From IMG/VR virus record IMGVR_UViG_2061766007_000905: DNA of 41,437 bases; one strand, 5' to 3'. The stretch comes from an uncultured virus (IMG/VR IMGVR_UViG_2061766007_000905) (Duplodnaviria; Heunggongvirae; Uroviricota; Caudoviricetes). Position 1 is the stretch's first letter. Every line of letters begins with the position of its first letter. Shown in pieces: positions 25,193 through 34,758 of the stretch. The translations under genes were made by a program, and so were the position numbers. The notes beneath the pieces were generated by a model, which ran no database searches, was not told the origin of the DNA, and worked only from the letters and a program-made list of their open reading frames with translations.

Positions 25193-28100
25193 ATGAGGTC
25201 AGTTCTTGATATCGCTGCTGGTTATTTAACTGAAAATCTGATGACATTATCAGAATCATTCCATGATGAAAGTGTCAACCAGGCTAGAAAATATATTGAA
25301 ACAAATTATGAAAAATTTTATGTAGTTAAAGGGTTTGACGAATTGACTCCCCCTAAGCCGGCAAACTTAAAGGAATTTGCTGCAAAAAAAGTCAGAGATA
25401 TTCAGCAGCTGATTGTTTATCCAATCAATTACGGTGCAAGAAATGAATTTAAATGGCTTAATTCTTATGTATTAGGCCTTACAAGAATATTATATACTGA
25501 ATTAAACTATGACAAGCCGAAATTTAAAGTCAGTATGCTTAGTGACTTAAAGAAAGTATATTTTAGCGCGGTATATGCAAGGCAAGAGGGTATTCAAAAT
25601 AATGACAGTTCATTAATGATGGACAAAAATATGAACGGGTTTTCATTCGCCGAATTGAAAGCAAAATTTATGCCATATTATGAAAAATATCATGCCATAT
25701 ATGAGAAAAATAAAAGAGAATATATAGCTGCAAATAAACATACGGAACAAAAAGAAAAATCTAAACTTGGGATGGCGGAAGGCGCTATATATGACGGCGC
25801 AGGTAATATAATTATTGATTTCGAAGAACCGTATCATGAAAATACATTTAAGATTGGCACTTATAATGCCTGTATGATTCCAACGCATAAGGCAGCGGCG
25901 ACATGGAATAAATTTACCAATAAGACAAGTAGCAATATGGGATGCAACTGGTGCATTACTATTCCTGATAACAGCACTAACTGGGAATCATACGGTTGCG
26001 GCGAGACTAGAACAGTATATTTTTGTTGGAAAGACGACTTCTTAAATTTAAACGTGAAAGATTTTAATGATGGCAGTGCGCCGTATAATGACTGGGGTAA
26101 AAGTCTTATATGTGTAATGGTCAATGACTCCAGTTCGCCAGAATCAAGTATTCAGCAAGTTACATCAAGATATAATCATTATAATGGCGAAGGTAAAAGT
26201 GCACAAGCTTCATTAGGTTTTGGAGATAATTTCTGTGGCGAAGCCGGAAGCGAAGGACTGAATAACGAACTTGCCAAATTATTAGGCTGTTCGTTAGAGG
26301 ATATAGAAGAAAAATTAGTATATACTGGTGAAACTGCAGATACGGAAAATAATAAAGTGACAGCGTTTGCCGGAGCAATGGAATCAGTTGAATATTATGT
26401 TGACGAGTGCAGATTTGATAAATTCGAAATAGTAGCAAGATTACCGGATAATTATTCTATTCTTGAATATTATGACAGGGAATATGAAATTACTATAGAT
26501 ATTCTATTTAATGGCACTAAACCAGTTGAAAATTTTACATATAACGAGATAAGCGTTATACGCAGAGGCAAGACAATTAACGATTGTATATTTAGGGTAG
26601 CCAGCGGTAATGATGTAAACATTGTCATCGGCCCGAATATAAATCCTATATTCGGTCATGCATATAATAAAGTTTTGCAGTTGTCTAAGGCATTTGAACT
26701 GTACGGCTATGTAATTCCTAATGAACTATCACGTGAACTGGAACAACGATATGTTCTTTGTACTTTAAACCATGCTACTGGCGAAAAATGCAATCTATAT
26801 GATTTACAGGAAAACCATTTTGTATTTCCAAATTCTGTATTTTTATTAACAGCATTCGAAGACGATGACTTAAATTTAGTTGTAACAACTAATATGACCA
26901 ATCGTAATATTTTACCTGATAATGTCATAATTTATAATATTAATAAAAATACGTCAAAGACAATGCCTGCAGAATTTATTAAGCAAATAAATGACAGACT
27001 TGCTGAAGTACATTATAAGGTAAATTATCATAAAGGCTATATTTTGGCTAGAGCTGTAGATAATATAGTTCTGTTTGATTTATATAACATGAAAATGGTA
27101 AATGACAACGTTGGCGTATCTACCAGTTATTGTGGCAGAACTCCAAATAATTATGCCCTTTTAACAATAGACGGCGATCAGAAGCATTGTTATGTTTATT
27201 ATAAAGGTAAAAAAATAGATGAAGTATCTAGTTATGGCGCAATAAACTATGTAACAATTAATGTATTAGATAATAATAAAGCTTTTATGCTATCGATGGA
27301 TTATGATAAAACATATAAAATTTATAATGACGGTAAATTAGTATATAGTGAATCCAGCAATGATTTTAATTCCAGTAATCAGCCAAATATTATAGGCAAT
27401 ATATTAATCGCTCCTGATATAGAAGATTCAAAAACGATTAGTATCTATGGCGACGCGGCATATAAATATACTCTTACTAATACAAAAACTGGCGAAAAAT
27501 ATAAGGATATATATTTTGACCATTGGCAAATTCAAGACTGCATATATTATAATAACTATACTATTATCGGTTATAAGTTAGACGAAAGTGGCGAAAACGT
27601 ATCGTATGTATTTATTAATTCGAATGATACTGTTGTGTTTACAAATGAAAAATATAATATGTATGATTTATATGAAGGTTTTGCATTTATATCGAGCGGT
27701 GATTGCGATTTAATTGTCTTTGGCGGTACTGCTACTAGAAATACTGGCCATAGCGATATACCGCAAATTGAATTTGTAGACTTTAATGAATCGCATCCGT
27801 TGATTTATAAAAAAGACGGAACTTTATTCCTTGACTATAAAAAGCTTGTTCAAGAACGTTCATTTAAATGCAAGTTCGGGCTTTTGCCGTTAGGCTATGG
27901 TTTTTGGCTGCTTAGAACGGCAAGAAGGGGTTATAATGACGACTGTGATTCTATGATACTTGATAAAGATGGCAATATCCTTATAGGAAATAATAAAGAT
28001 ACTAAGGTCTTCGATATTGATATATTGAATGGATTTGCTGACGGTAAAGATTTGAGATTTTACGTAACATATTTAATGAAAAACGCAAAATACTTAAATC

Positions 28101-28210
28101 TGGGTTACAACGAAACTAGTCCGACATATACATTGTCAAAAAACGGCGAAATAAAAATACTTAGGGAATCGACATCTATTTTAAATAAGGCCGCATTATT
28201 ATTAGGATAA
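25193..28210 (+). CDS. Large late protein (1005 aa), paralog of 18517..20823
   Basis: TATAAATA at 25164-71; WCIT..YFC..GKSLICVMV..TSRYNH; beta-rich C-terminal half. Confidence 0.78.
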   Translation: MRSVLDIAAGYLTENLMTLSESFHDESVNQARKYIETNYEKFYVVKGFDELTPPKPANLKEFAAKKVRDIQQLIVYPINYGARNEFKWLNSYVLGLTRILYTELNYDKPKFKVSMLSDLKKVYFSAVYARQEGIQNNDSSLMMDKNMNGFSFAELKAKFMPYYEKYHAIYEKNKREYIAANKHTEQKEKSKLGMAEGAIYDGAGNIIIDFEEPYHENTFKIGTYNACMIPTHKAAATWNKFTNKTSSNMGCNWCITIPDNSTNWESYGCGETRTVYFCWKDDFLNLNVKDFNDGSAPYNDWGKSLICVMVNDSSSPESSIQQVTSRYNHYNGEGKSAQASLGFGDNFCGEAGSEGLNNELAKLLGCSLEDIEEKLVYTGETADTENNKVTAFAGAMESVEYYVDECRFDKFEIVARLPDNYSILEYYDREYEITIDILFNGTKPVENFTYNEISVIRRGKTINDCIFRVASGNDVNIVIGPNINPIFGHAYNKVLQLSKAFELYGYVIPNELSRELEQRYVLCTLNHATGEKCNLYDLQENHFVFPNSVFLLTAFEDDDLNLVVTTNMTNRNILPDNVIIYNINKNTSKTMPAEFIKQINDRLAEVHYKVNYHKGYILARAVDNIVLFDLYNMKMVNDNVGVSTSYCGRTPNNYALLTIDGDQKHCYVYYKGKKIDEVSSYGAINYVTINVLDNNKAFMLSMDYDKTYKIYNDGKLVYSESSNDFNSSNQPNIIGNILIAPDIEDSKTISIYGDAAYKYTLTNTKTGEKYKDIYFDHWQIQDCIYYNNYTIIGYKLDESGENVSYVFINSNDTVVFTNEKYNMYDLYEGFAFISSGDCDLIVFGGTATRNTGHSDIPQIEFVDFNESHPLIYKKDGTLFLDYKKLVQERSFKCKFGLLPLGYGFWLLRTARRGYNDDCDSMILDKDGNILIGNNKDTKVFDIDILNGFADGKDLRFYVTYLMKNAKYLNLGYNETSPTYTLSKNGEIKILRESTSILNKAALLLG

Positions 28211-28276
28211 TTTTCAAAATTTATTATATCAGTTTACATGTCTATAAAAATTAACTATATTTTATAATCAAGATAG

Positions 28277-28618
28277 GTGAAAGTTATGGTTAAAGAATTC
28301 TTTAAAAGCATTTTTGCTGGAAATGACAAAATCTATACAGGTAAGTGTAAAAAGGTAATCGTAGAACCTGATACGTATTTCTTTTACTTTACAGAAACCA
28401 CATCTGAACATATAGATAAGTTTTTAGGCGATTATTTTGATTATGATTTCTATGACGGCGGCATAGTCATATGGCCTGAACCAAATAACAAAATCTATAT
28501 TCATAAGCCATATTTTTTCCCTTATAATACATACATTATTAAATATACAGAAACGACAGAAACTATATTGAAATGTGTTTCTGCCGACGAATTTAAAAAA
28601 ATATACCGGATTGTTTAA
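28277..28618 (+). CDS. Hypothetical protein
   Basis: Preceded by TTTACA(28233-38)-17nt-TATATT(28256-61). Confidence 0.65.
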   Translation: MKVMVKEFFKSIFAGNDKIYTGKCKKVIVEPDTYFFYFTETTSEHIDKFLGDYFDYDFYDGGIVIWPEPNNKIYIHKPYFFPYNTYIIKYTETTETILKCVSADEFKKIYRIV

Positions 28619-28630
28619 TCCGGTTTTTTA

Positions 28631-29776
28631 TTACTCTTGTTTCTTAACGCATACCGTAAATCCGATAAATCCTATCAGATATAATAGGCCAAGTACTAGA
28701 TATAGGTTATTGTCGGTAAATATGTTAGCTAATGCAGGGCCTATCAGGCCAGCGAGGCCCCAACCAGAAAGGGTCATTGCATGTATCGTAGAAACGGCCG
28801 ACTGTCCAAAATACTTTGACAATAGGCTAGGCAAGACTGAAAAGTTTCCGCCATATGCGAATTCGCATAGCATGATGCCGATTAAAGCGAGAATCGGGTT
28901 TTGTGTAAAGCACAAGAAAGCTGCGATGATTCCCAATGAACAGACCCAATGATATGCTGCCTTTCTGCCGATTTTATCGGATGCTGTAGACATTCCGAAA
29001 CGGCCAAGAATATTGAATACGGCGGTGGCTGACATTAATACTGCAATTTCCTTAAAGCCGAGATTAAGCAATAAGCTCTTTTCCTGGGAGATTAATGCAA
29101 GACCGCATGAAATATTGATACAGAACATGAGCCATACAGAAAGATATTTCTTCGTAAGGAATACGTCCTTTATAAGATACTTGTATGGTATGGCCGTATG
29201 CACCGTGCTTATAAAAATCGGGTTAGGCTTATATAGCCATGAGCATAGTGACATTATTGTCAGGAATATTCCGGAAAGTATAAGGAACATATATGGCAAC
29301 GAGAAATTCGCGAGCAGGTATTCGATTACCGGCGCAAATACGAATTTGCCAAGTCCGAATCCCGTTATGGCGAGTCCAGATGCAAGTCCTTTATGGTCTT
29401 CGAAATTGCTTAGCAGCTGTTTTATAGGCGACGTATAGCCTATGCCTGTTCCAGTACCCATAAACGCGCATGCCAGATAATATAAAGGCAATATGACGAA
29501 ATTGGTTGCAAGGAACATCAAACTCATGCCGATAGAAAAGAGCACAGTCGAAACTATAGCCATTCTTTTCGGATTGAGCTCTACCATTCGACCGAACGCT
29601 GCTGCTCCCATTCCAAGGAAGAAGATAATGAGCATGAAGCCGATATCGCCCTGGAATTTAGATATGTCGAATAATTGTTGGATATTTGCCGAATACTGTG
29701 AAAAGTTATAAACTGTGCCCAATGACATCGGCAAAAGAATGCCCGGGATCAGTATTTGAGTGAATCTATTTGTCAT
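28631..29776 (-). CDS. MFS transporter, OFA (oxalate:formate antiporter)-like
   Basis: About 12 hydrophobic segments; GTGIGY, KGLASGLAITGFG, FNILGRF..ASDKIGRK, YGGNFSVLP. Confidence 0.88.
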   Translation of the reverse strand: MTNRFTQILIPGILLPMSLGTVYNFSQYSANIQQLFDISKFQGDIGFMLIIFFLGMGAAAFGRMVELNPKRMAIVSTVLFSIGMSLMFLATNFVILPLYYLACAFMGTGTGIGYTSPIKQLLSNFEDHKGLASGLAITGFGLGKFVFAPVIEYLLANFSLPYMFLILSGIFLTIMSLCSWLYKPNPIFISTVHTAIPYKYLIKDVFLTKKYLSVWLMFCINISCGLALISQEKSLLLNLGFKEIAVLMSATAVFNILGRFGMSTASDKIGRKAAYHWVCSLGIIAAFLCFTQNPILALIGIMLCEFAYGGNFSVLPSLLSKYFGQSAVSTIHAMTLSGWGLAGLIGPALANIFTDNNLYLVLGLLYLIGFIGFTVCVKKQE

Positions 29777-29782
29777 ACAGTC

Positions 29783-29794
29783 TATTTATAAATA
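29783..29794. promoter_or_regulatory. Palindromic bidirectional late promoter
   Basis: TATTTATAAATA carries TATAAATA on both strands between divergent genes. Confidence 0.7.
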
Positions 29795-29808
29795 ATAAAG
29801 AATAATTT

Positions 29809-29922
29809 ATGAAAGTCGAAACGGAAATAAAATTACTTGAAATTGCAATAGTCCTGATGTCAATCGGGATTGTTTCCGGCTCAATCTTTTTGGTATATAG
29901 GGGTTTAACTAATGCTAATTGA
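29809..29922 (+). CDS. Small single-TM protein (37 aa), not in ORF track
   Basis: MKVETEIKLLEIAIVLMSIGIVSGSIFLVYRGLTNAN*; overlaps the start of the SLT gene. Confidence 0.5.
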   Translation: MKVETEIKLLEIAIVLMSIGIVSGSIFLVYRGLTNAN

Positions 29923-30820
29923 CCAGATTCGTCATATTACAGAAGAATTAGGAATGGAATTGCCAATTGACAACGCATTGCTGAAATTGGTTCGTGAAGG
30001 ATATTTGATATACGATAGAGAAGGAACACTTTTGAACGAAGGAATCCTGAAAAAGGCTTTGGGTGTCGGCGCATTGGCTGCGGGAATGGCATTCGGTAAT
30101 AGCGGCGTAAAGCAGCAAGTAGTTCAGGACGATTCTTTCGGCAAGGGCAATACCGTTCATGTCCAGCAAAGGTATAATTTTCCGCAAGATAAATATGGTG
30201 TTCCTACCAGTTATAAGCTTCCAGGTGATGTTGATCCGAAAATGATGAACCTTAAAAAAGAAATCGAACTGACTAAGAAAAAGATTCTTGCGACGCCGGA
30301 CTCGTTTTTGAGAAAAGAAGGCAAGAGAGACGCTGAGACGATCGCCAAGTATATTACCGCCACAGCGAACAAATATAATATCGACGTCGATATCTTTCTT
30401 GCCATCGCGGCTACTGAATCCAATTTCAAGCATGACGGCACGAAGAGTGGCAAAGGTGCAAGAGGTCTTATGCAGATGATGCCTATCGCTGCCAAGGATG
30501 TTCATGTCAGGTTAAGAGGCAATCCTGCCGAAACGTTTGACTTCGACGAGATGCTTGACCTTAAGAAAAATATCGATTTTGCCGGTCACAAGCTGGCCAA
30601 CCTGTCCAAGTCGCACAATAATGTTATCGAAATGATGCTCGCTGCCTACAATGGCGGAAGAAAACAGGCTACGGCTTGGCGTGCAGAAAAGTCAAATACG
30701 ACAACTGATAAAGACGGTAAGCCATTACCTAAGCTGACAAAAGAAACTAGAAGATATGTAGAATTGTGCATGCGCTTTTATAAGCTATATAAGAAAATCG
30801 ATAAAGAAGCTTCAACATAA
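29912..30820 (+). CDS. Lytic transglycosylase (SLT domain), probably virion-associated
   Basis: AIAATESNF, SGKGARGLMQMMP, LAAYNGG, ETRRYV. Confidence 0.92.
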   Translation: MLIDQIRHITEELGMELPIDNALLKLVREGYLIYDREGTLLNEGILKKALGVGALAAGMAFGNSGVKQQVVQDDSFGKGNTVHVQQRYNFPQDKYGVPTSYKLPGDVDPKMMNLKKEIELTKKKILATPDSFLRKEGKRDAETIAKYITATANKYNIDVDIFLAIAATESNFKHDGTKSGKGARGLMQMMPIAAKDVHVRLRGNPAETFDFDEMLDLKKNIDFAGHKLANLSKSHNNVIEMMLAAYNGGRKQATAWRAEKSNTTTDKDGKPLPKLTKETRRYVELCMRFYKLYKKIDKEAST

Positions 30821-30828
30821 AATTTAAA

Positions 30829-30863
30829 AACAGGTTTACAAAACCTGTTTTCTTTTCTATATT
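30829..30863 (+). promoter_or_regulatory. Terminator/promoter cassette
   Basis: AACAGGTTT/AAACCTGTT hairpin containing TTTACA(30835-40)-17nt-TATATT(30858-63). Confidence 0.72.
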
Positions 30864-30888
30864 TTAATTGTTATAGAAAGGATTTATT

Positions 30889-31254
30889 ATGTCAAACGTG
30901 CATGACGATAATGTAATTTTGGTTGGCCGATTAGACGCGCTGTCTGAAGACCATAAAAGAGTATGTGCAGAAAATTCGGAACTTAAGAACCAAATAAAGG
31001 CGCTCAAGAACGAAATCGCGACAAATCAATTTTCGAATTACATGTTTACAAAGCAAGAACTTATTGACTTGATTATGCGACAGGCTATTACATGGGCTAA
31101 GAAATTCGATATTAAAATTGACACATATAAGACCGAAGGAACAAAGACTGTGCTTATTCTCGATAGCGAAGAAACCGACGGCGATTTATATAATAAAATC
31201 AAAACAACGCTTCAGTCTGAAATTACCAGAGAAATCGACCAGGAAAGTAAATGA
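30889..31254 (+). CDS. Hypothetical protein
   Basis: AAGGA RBS; first of a tightly coupled run of ORFs. Confidence 0.72.
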   Translation: MSNVHDDNVILVGRLDALSEDHKRVCAENSELKNQIKALKNEIATNQFSNYMFTKQELIDLIMRQAITWAKKFDIKIDTYKTEGTKTVLILDSEETDGDLYNKIKTTLQSEITREIDQESK

Positions 31255-31556
31255 GTTATCAATTAGATAGATATGTCACGGTCAAGAATATATTTAGTTA
31301 TATTGCGACGCTCCAGGACCCTGCATTTTGCAATATGACAAGTTATAAAGAAAATAAAGACGCTTTGGCATTATGGCTTTCGATTAAAGACCAAAATAAT
31401 AAACAGCTCGATTACTATTATATATTCGGTGATTTGCAAATTCATAGGTACATCGACGATAAGGACCCGAGGGTATTGGGTATAGACAAAGAAAAACTGT
31501 GTAAACACATCTTAATGGAAATCGGCGACTTTATTAACGGAAAGGTAGTGGCATGA
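31251..31556 (+). CDS. Hypothetical protein
   Basis: ATGA overlap with the previous gene. Confidence 0.7.
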   Translation: MSYQLDRYVTVKNIFSYIATLQDPAFCNMTSYKENKDALALWLSIKDQNNKQLDYYYIFGDLQIHRYIDDKDPRVLGIDKEKLCKHILMEIGDFINGKVVA

Positions 31557-31762
31557 TTGCAACGGACGAAATTCAATATACGATTAACAGATGTGGACTC
31601 GTCGTAAATAATAGCAGTTCAGAAGAAGAAAAGTTTATCGCTGTCCAGACAGTTCAAGCTTTACAGCAAGTATTGCAAGGCATTAAACAACTGGAAGGAC
31701 ATCCGAAACTTAAACAAATGGCTTCTGACTTTTTTAAAGATGAGGTGAATAATGATACTTAA
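31553..31762 (+). CDS. Hypothetical protein
   Basis: ATGA overlap. Confidence 0.68.
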   Translation: MIATDEIQYTINRCGLVVNNSSSEEEKFIAVQTVQALQQVLQGIKQLEGHPKLKQMASDFFKDEVNNDT

Positions 31763-32033
31763 TTTTTTCAGAAAGATATTTGGCTGTTACCATGACTCAA
31801 GGCTGGACGTTCAAGAACCGGAAATTCCGGAATCACATGTTCTTGATATGAGTGACACTATTGAATTGTGTCAGAAGATTATCGATAAGCTCGAAAACGA
31901 GCAAAAGACTGCAATCGGTAATATCGTTTCCGCAGTAATCGCGCATAAGCAAAAGGGTTTTATCTCTTATGACGAAGAAGCGATGGCTAATGTAACTGGC
32001 GGAAAGTATAAATTTATTAAATACCGAAATTAG
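31752..32033 (+). CDS. Hypothetical protein
   Basis: GAGGTG RBS, overlapping start. Confidence 0.68.
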   Translation: MILNFFRKIFGCYHDSRLDVQEPEIPESHVLDMSDTIELCQKIIDKLENEQKTAIGNIVSAVIAHKQKGFISYDEEAMANVTGGKYKFIKYRN

Positions 32034-32086
32034 CAAAATTTTGACGATATTCGGCATAAATACAACAAGATTTTAAAGGAGTTTTT

Positions 32087-32314
32087 ATGTCGAAATATTA
32101 TACTGAAGAACGTTGCGTATTTGATGACGATATTGACGCAGATGAAATTTATGAATCAATTATTTCCGATATCGAGAATAATCGAGATGAAAAAGTAAAC
32201 TGGCGACAAGGAAAGTCAGTCATTAAATACATAAAAGAATCAATCGACGAAGGCATCAATCCGGATGATATTTACGAGACGGCGATGCACCAGCTCGATG
32301 AACTAGAACTTTAA
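32087..32314 (+). CDS. Small acidic hypothetical protein
   Basis: AAGGAG RBS; D/E-rich. Confidence 0.7.
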   Translation: MSKYYTEERCVFDDDIDADEIYESIISDIENNRDEKVNWRQGKSVIKYIKESIDEGINPDDIYETAMHQLDELEL

Positions 32315-32315
32315 T

Positions 32316-32513
32316 ATGGAATTTATAAAAGAAACTTTATATTATGGGATAATTCTCGGTATCGTAGAAGTAATCCTTATAATAATTTCTTCAATAAGTT
32401 ACAATAATATAGATACGAGTGACCCGATACAAACGGTTTACTCGTTTTTAAAATTTATATTCATTTTTATGTGCCTTAATGTAGTATTTATCGGCATATT
32501 AAATTATAGGTGA
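32316..32513 (+). CDS. Small two-TM membrane protein
   Basis: Two hydrophobic segments. Confidence 0.65.
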   Translation: MEFIKETLYYGIILGIVEVILIIISSISYNNIDTSDPIQTVYSFLKFIFIFMCLNVVFIGILNYR

Positions 32514-32517
32514 CAAA

Positions 32518-33285
32518 ATGGCAGAAAAAACACGAAATATAGAATTTACGGCAGTAGTTTGCGGATATAAGGCTTCAAGAGCTTTCAAGCTTTGTTTACA
32601 TCAATTAGCCAGATACGGTTTTTCAAAAGACAGCTTAATTATTTCAGAAAATAGCCCGACATATTTTACAAGCAACCGTGCTTTGCTGGACCAGTATAAT
32701 ATTTCATATGTCAATAATCCAGACATGAATCTTGTCGACGCGCTTAACGCAGTTCTTCCGACTGTCAAGACTAAATACGCTCTCATTCTTGACAGTGACG
32801 CTTTCTGTGTAATCGACCCGGTTAAAATTTTTGAAAAAGTAAAAACACATAATCTGCAGCTTTATGGCGAAATTTCCAGCAGTCGTGGTGGTTTCAATAT
32901 TCATAAAAGAGTAAATCCTTGTTATTGCTTTGTCGATGTCGAGTTCTTAAAACAGAACGATATCAAGTTTAATGATCCCGAAAGAATTGCGGCGACAAAT
33001 TCTATTCCGATGGTTGACCGTGCGCATTTCATGGACAAGAAGAATCCAAAAGTTACATATTATGATGCAGGTTCTACGATGTACGAGGACATCCAACGAG
33101 CCGGCGGCATAGTAGGCGATATAGGTGAATTCTTGCCATATATTCACATTGGTGCCGCAAGCTGGCAAGAACAACTAAAAAATCCAGAACTTACAGCCAG
33201 GAAAGATAATTGGATTGATTTGCTTTACAATAAGTTACAGTTCAATGAAAAGTATTTGCCGCTCCTAGGGAAATCAAATAAGTAA
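32518..33285 (+). CDS. GT-A fold glycosyltransferase-like protein
   Basis: LIISENS, VKTKYALILDSDAF (DxD), YYDAGS, YIHIGAASW. Confidence 0.72.
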   Translation: MAEKTRNIEFTAVVCGYKASRAFKLCLHQLARYGFSKDSLIISENSPTYFTSNRALLDQYNISYVNNPDMNLVDALNAVLPTVKTKYALILDSDAFCVIDPVKIFEKVKTHNLQLYGEISSSRGGFNIHKRVNPCYCFVDVEFLKQNDIKFNDPERIAATNSIPMVDRAHFMDKKNPKVTYYDAGSTMYEDIQRAGGIVGDIGEFLPYIHIGAASWQEQLKNPELTARKDNWIDLLYNKLQFNEKYLPLLGKSNK

Positions 33286-33304
33286 AATTCAATCATGAAA
33301 AATT

Positions 33305-33335
33305 AAAGACGGTATTTAAAATACCGTCTTTTTTA
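33305..33335 (+). terminator. Intrinsic terminator
   Basis: AAAGACGGTATT/AATACCGTCTTT + T-tract, followed by promoter TTTACA(33340-45)-17nt-TATATT(33363-68). Confidence 0.75.
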
Positions 33336-33387
33336 TAGGTTTACAAAACGGATAAATTTTTCTATATTATGGTCCGAGGTAAAATAT

Positions 33388-33678
33388 ATGTTAACACCGC
33401 CGCCGGATAGTCGTGATAGGCCAACTCAATATTATATAGACCTTGGTAATGGCGAAGTTGATCCGCAAAATATTATAAACGATATCAAGCATTATGAAGA
33501 ACAGCTTAATGACCTGAGAGACAGATACGAAAAGGCTATTATCGCACGTACCAAGCTTACGAATGAACTTACGCATACTGAGAAATGTATAGCTAATTAC
33601 GCCAAGGATATCGAGAATGCACAACATATTCTAGCTGCTCTCGGAATTTCACTGGCACACAACAAACACTTAAAATAA
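33388..33678 (+). CDS. Coiled-coil hypothetical protein
   Basis: GAGG RBS. Confidence 0.7.
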   Translation: MLTPPPDSRDRPTQYYIDLGNGEVDPQNIINDIKHYEEQLNDLRDRYEKAIIARTKLTNELTHTEKCIANYAKDIENAQHILAALGISLAHNKHLK

Positions 33679-33691
33679 AGGAATAATAAAA

Positions 33692-33961
33692 ATGAAAAAA
33701 CTATTGATGATTTTATTGTTGGCAGCAACTTCTATTTTTGCCGATGTTAAGCTTGACGTTATGGTTTCGGCAAGACGTATGGGTTGCTATGTCACGAAGT
33801 GGGTTCAAAACGATTATGTTGGCCATGTAAAATGGCAATATTATGCGCAAATTACATGCAAGGAACCGATTAACGTCCCGGCGAAAATTGTTGGATTGAA
33901 ATTTATCGATATTGAACGAAGCGCTAAAGGTGAATACGTCTATACGTATGGCAACGACTGA
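33692..33961 (+). CDS. Small secreted protein
   Basis: Signal peptide MKKLLMILLLAATSIFA. Confidence 0.72.
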   Translation: MKKLLMILLLAATSIFADVKLDVMVSARRMGCYVTKWVQNDYVGHVKWQYYAQITCKEPINVPAKIVGLKFIDIERSAKGEYVYTYGND

Positions 33962-34145
33962 TACGAAATGTAAATATTGCCACTTTAACGGCTTTGACGG
34001 TCCGAACATATTCTATGACGACTACGCTACGGATATGTTCCATTTGATTCATGATTCAAAAGGCGTATGGCTTATAGGATGTTACGCCGATCAAAGTTCA
34101 CAAATTTATTACTGTCCTATGTGTTCGAGGAAACTTGATGACTAA
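33948..34145 (+). CDS. Small Zn-binding protein
   Basis: CKYC...YCPMCSRKL; start ATG 33948. Confidence 0.68.
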   Translation: MATTDTKCKYCHFNGFDGPNIFYDDYATDMFHLIHDSKGVWLIGCYADQSSQIYYCPMCSRKLDD

Positions 34146-34686
34146 CGATAATATTATACGTCATACTACTGGCACCACGTTTTTCGTAAATTTTGATAAC
34201 CATAGTTATTGCTGTACTTTTCCGGCATCAATTAACGAACGGAAATGGTTGGTTGAACATAACTTTGTCGTTATCGACGAGGCGATTGCCGCCCCAATCA
34301 TTGTGCTTAATGATAACGGATGTACGACGGAATATTGTTGTTCCGGGCACATCGGCGGCGTCGTATGTTCTCCATATATTCTTTTTACGAAAATTAGTAA
34401 AGAAATTGACGATAAGTTTAAAAAGACAAGGCTATGGGGAAGGGAAGTCGACGAGCGTAACCGTGTAACTTGGCGTGCAAGAGCATCAACTTTAAAAGAA
34501 TGGCGATATGCGTTAAATGAGCTTTATGCGATTACGGACTCGCTTAATGACAATTTTAAGCGTATTGTAAAGATTATCGCCAGATATAGGTCTGGTAAAG
34601 TAGAATATCAGTTTATGGAAAGTACGGAAATTGACAGTTGGTGTAACGAACACGAAAATGAATTACTGTGCGTACAATTGGAATAA
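34135..34686 (+). CDS. Hypothetical protein with LNxxGxxTxYCCSGH motif
   Basis: ORF overlapping the previous stop. Confidence 0.68.
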   Translation: MMTNDNIIRHTTGTTFFVNFDNHSYCCTFPASINERKWLVEHNFVVIDEAIAAPIIVLNDNGCTTEYCCSGHIGGVVCSPYILFTKISKEIDDKFKKTRLWGREVDERNRVTWRARASTLKEWRYALNELYAITDSLNDNFKRIVKIIARYRSGKVEYQFMESTEIDSWCNEHENELLCVQLE

Positions 34687-34758
34687 TTAAAATATTTTTT
34701 AACTATTTACAAAAACTATTTATTTTTTATATTTAATATAGATTAAAAGGAATCGTTT

